Origin: Fistulifera solaris
Taxonomy: Eukaryota
DNA length: 64,000 nt
Reading direction: 5' to 3'
Assembly (NCBI GenBank): GCA_030295235.1
Contig: AP026135.1
Location: 1,054,001-1,118,000 of the forward strand
The position numbers and the translations under genes are program-made. The first letter of the stretch is position 1. Each line of letters begins with the position of its first letter. This document shows, piece by piece, positions 61,137-64,000 of this stretch. Below the pieces are notes generated by a model. That model saw only the letters and a program-made list of their open reading frames with translations, did not search any database and was not told the origin of the DNA.

Positions 61137-61863
61137 GTTTTATTACTTGGCTTGGAATTACGCTTTACTGCGATAAATGACTCGGCTTGTCACGGAGATT
61201 TGGCACACGGTGATGTGCCAGCAGAGTACCAGGTATGGGGAAAACGGTTGTTGTGCTTGGTGAAATAGCAAATTTTCATTTGACCCGCTCCTTCACCATC
61301 ATGGTGCGCGGTGCGCGGAATTACTACCATACGACCCACGACTCTTACTCGTGACCCACCAATTTTAATAATTTAAGTAATCGCAGATCGCAGTTCGTCT
61401 CTTCTCCCTTCCTATAAAATAAGCGCGCGAAAACCGCACTATACGAGCTGAAGAACGAATGCGGTATTCGACCTCTCTAACAGAGAACGCAGAGCATTCT
61501 TTTCCGCCAACCGATTACCAGGTACAGGTACGTAGTAAAATCAAAACAAAAACGCACGCAAGACATAAAAAAAACGGAACTCTCTCCGCGAAAACCTTTT
61601 ATGCATCCAAGGCGTTTCTCATGTAACGTTGCATCATATTCAAACCGGTCGCTCAATACTTCAAAGGCGAAGATGTTGTCTCCTACAAAAACACGATTGA
61701 AACTAACTGAAAAACGAAACAAGAAGAGAAGTAGTCAACAAATCTCCCTCCATTCCTTTCACTTCACTTGTCTCACAAATCAAAACCTTGTCCGCTGCAT
61801 AGCGCACCGAAATTTGTAAGAGCAACTCAGCTTCGCAATTCTCACCCTCTCCTCAACTACACC

Positions 61864-62211
61864 ATGAAATTCAACAGTCACCAGGATAAACTGCTTAAGG
61901 GTATTACATCTCCTGTCAGCATCCTCGTTCACGAGAACAAACACATCCCTGACAAGCATACTTCAAACTCTGGCTTGGGTCGTTGCGAGTTCATGGAACC
62001 GACCGTCTTCGTGACTCCTGTTCTATCGTCACTACGTGTGCAGGCGACGGAGCGTCCGGACTTAGTCTCGGTCGATGATTTGGTCAAAGATTTGGGAAAA
62101 CTTTTGATCAGTAACGGAGATCACAAGAAAAGCAAGGACAACAAGAAGAGCAAAGACTCTGATGATGAAAAAGCCTCTCTTTCCAAGGATAAAAGCGGCC
62201 ATGTCATTTAA
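61864..62211 (+). CDS. Small hypothetical protein
   Basis: ACCATG start, 115-aa open frame, Lys/Asp-rich tail; no recognised domain. Confidence 0.4.
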   Translation: MKFNSHQDKLLKGITSPVSILVHENKHIPDKHTSNSGLGRCEFMEPTVFVTPVLSSLRVQATERPDLVSVDDLVKDLGKLLISNGDHKKSKDNKKSKDSDDEKASLSKDKSGHVI

Positions 62212-63666
62212 TCGAAAACAGCCAGCCCGCATGTCATTCGTTTACTAAATGAAACACCTGAAGCGTTCAACGAAGAACCGGTCGATGTGTCCAGTCAATG
62301 ATTGATGACAAGACGTTCAAAGTGACTCGAGTGACACGAAGCTTGCGTCTCAAAGCATGAATCTGACAGCTCGCAAAACTAACGGAGAGGCTGCATCTCC
62401 AAATACGAGGTTGTTCTCGCAGTGCTGTGTTTCTACATTTAAGATCATGAGTGTTTTTAAATGTGTTAAACTCGATTTCATACTGTTGCGGGTTTGCTGC
62501 GATGACTATAGCACCTTTTTCGTGTTCCCGCGTTTCCTTTTTAGAAAATCTTACAAAGCAAGAACTACGAAGCACAGTAAGCCTTGGACGGAACTAGCAA
62601 GTTTCACTTTGGCTTTCGACAACAGCAGCAAACTTCATGAAGTTGTACATATGTCGAGGATCCAAACACCTGATGGTGTTCATAGTATTTCTGAGGGGCA
62701 TCATCATGACTATATTATCTTTTCCTTAAAATTTTAAAAATCCCCTTAACTTTTTTGGTGTACAGGGGAGGGGTACCGGTATAAGGTCTTGCCTTCGCCA
62801 CCAAGCAAGTACCAGTAACTCCCAACTGCAAACTGCATTATTTGAGCATTGAGCATTGAGCGCTGAGCGCTTAGCGCTAGCTAGAAGTCTTTTTGATCGG
62901 GGTGAAAAGTGACAAGCCGGAAATCTCTATTATCTGAACTTGATGTTCTCTACTTATTTAAACGAAAATGACCCGAACTCCGAACTACGACCACTCTTCA
63001 CTGTTCCGTCATCGGGGTCGTTCTAGCTCGTAGATCTCGGAGGGCGACGAACGACGTCCGGGATACGGGACAGTAGATTCTGGATGAATCACTGGCGTAG
63101 GGGTTCGGCAACTGTTCGAGATTCTGTACGATAGTATTCTCTACTTCAGGTAAGGACGTTAAAATTCTGCCTCCAGTACAAGATCTACGTAGCCTCCACG
63201 ACGAGGCAGAATTTTAACGCCGTTTCTTTCCAGAGTCCAGCCAAAGTCGATGCCCATGACATGATATTTGTAATTTGTCTTGGTATCTGAATGAATGAAC
63301 GAATAACACTTGATAACGTAGTATACTTGCAATGGGGAAAGTGGAAACTCAACACTCAACAACGACTCTCAAAGGGCGCGATCGATCGTATTGGTACGAA
63401 TAAACCTGTGAACATTTTAGACAAGAAGACATCAATTGATTCAAGCTTCGAGCTTCGTGTACTTATTAGGACCTTGTGTTCCATACTGTACTGCTGTAGT
63501 GATGAGCTGATGAGTGTTCGCTGTTCGCGATCTCTTCGTCAAGATCGGGATCAAGTAGGGGCAGTTGTATCCTTTGGAAATCAATCATCAAGTGCCCCCT
63601 CCATCGTCACAAATCGCAGTCACTTCCCAACCCGAAAATTAAAGCCTTCCATCAAACGCGCCAACC

Positions 63667-64000
63667 ATGAAGTTCGCTTTTGCACTCGCAGCTACGGTGT
63701 TCACGATCGGCAATGTCAGCGCCCAAACCACTCTTGAAGCTCCCGAAGTTGTGGTTTTTTACCTCAATACGAACGCGGCCTCGGATGCATGTAGCCCAGT
63801 TGAATATACCTATGTCGACAACAAGATCACTCCCGATTTGAACATGGCAATGTTCGACCACAACATTGAGGAAATCCAATGGACCACTTCCGATGGCGCT
63901 CCTAGTCGAAAGTTGCGTGCCGGGGAAGAGCGTGAGTTGAACCCGACGTGCGATTGGTGCCGCCCAATTTATGGCCGAGCCCTGTGCAACGTTCTGTATA
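63667..64000 (+). CDS. Secreted protein (5' part; runs off the window; absent from the ORF track)
   Basis: MKFAFALAATVFTIGNVSA|Q signal peptide; frame open to the window end; RKLRAGEEREL followed by CDWC...C. Confidence 0.75.
   Translation, partial: MKFAFALAATVFTIGNVSAQTTLEAPEVVVFYLNTNAASDACSPVEYTYVDNKITPDLNMAMFDHNIEEIQWTTSDGAPSRKLRAGEERELNPTCDWCRPIYGRALCNVLY

Noticed and set aside
63093..63125. tRNA-like A/B boxes (TGGCGTAGGGG...GTTCGAGA)
   Set aside because: Boxes are too close together and no cloverleaf can be formed

Overview
Gene-dense eukaryotic nuclear DNA, most likely from a pennate diatom (inferred from short GT-AG introns, a diatom-type cyclin, bipartite plastid presequences and a CoDi-like Copia element). 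It holds about 22 protein genes: an HSL-type hydrolase, a DnaJ protein, FGAM synthase, cyclin, SERP1, acetyl-CoA transporter, RAD51C, VPS8, a sulfotransferase, CNOT10, a NOG1-like GTPase, an ERGIC/thioredoxin protein, a THOC6-like WD40 protein, CAF1, a Lon-N protein, a GT92 protein, RFT1, MOCS2B and several hypotheticals. It also holds a decayed JMJD7 pseudogene and two full-length recent LTR retrotransposons with TSDs (Copia 11951-19051, minus; Gypsy 54302-59350, plus). Many genes carry single-base frameshifts, probably assembly errors. The most unusual signals are mostly non-coding: (i) a ~1.48-kb inverted duplication bracketing a 13-kb gene block; (ii) ~33-bp-phased arrays of the dyad CCCAGATTTTCTGGG in two upstream regions; (iii) a recurrent ~190-bp upstream module (ACCCGGATATT...hairpin-GTAGGAA) with fixed orientation to the adjacent gene; (iv) an intergenic TACCWGGTA motif; (v) a purine-rich, T-free tract abutting the start codon of the purine-biosynthesis gene purL; (vi) a Gypsy element with a palindrome instead of a tRNA PBS; (vii) a secreted protein with an RxLR-EER motif that the ORF track missed. 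I cannot demonstrate a complete new biological system from sequence alone; these are candidates.
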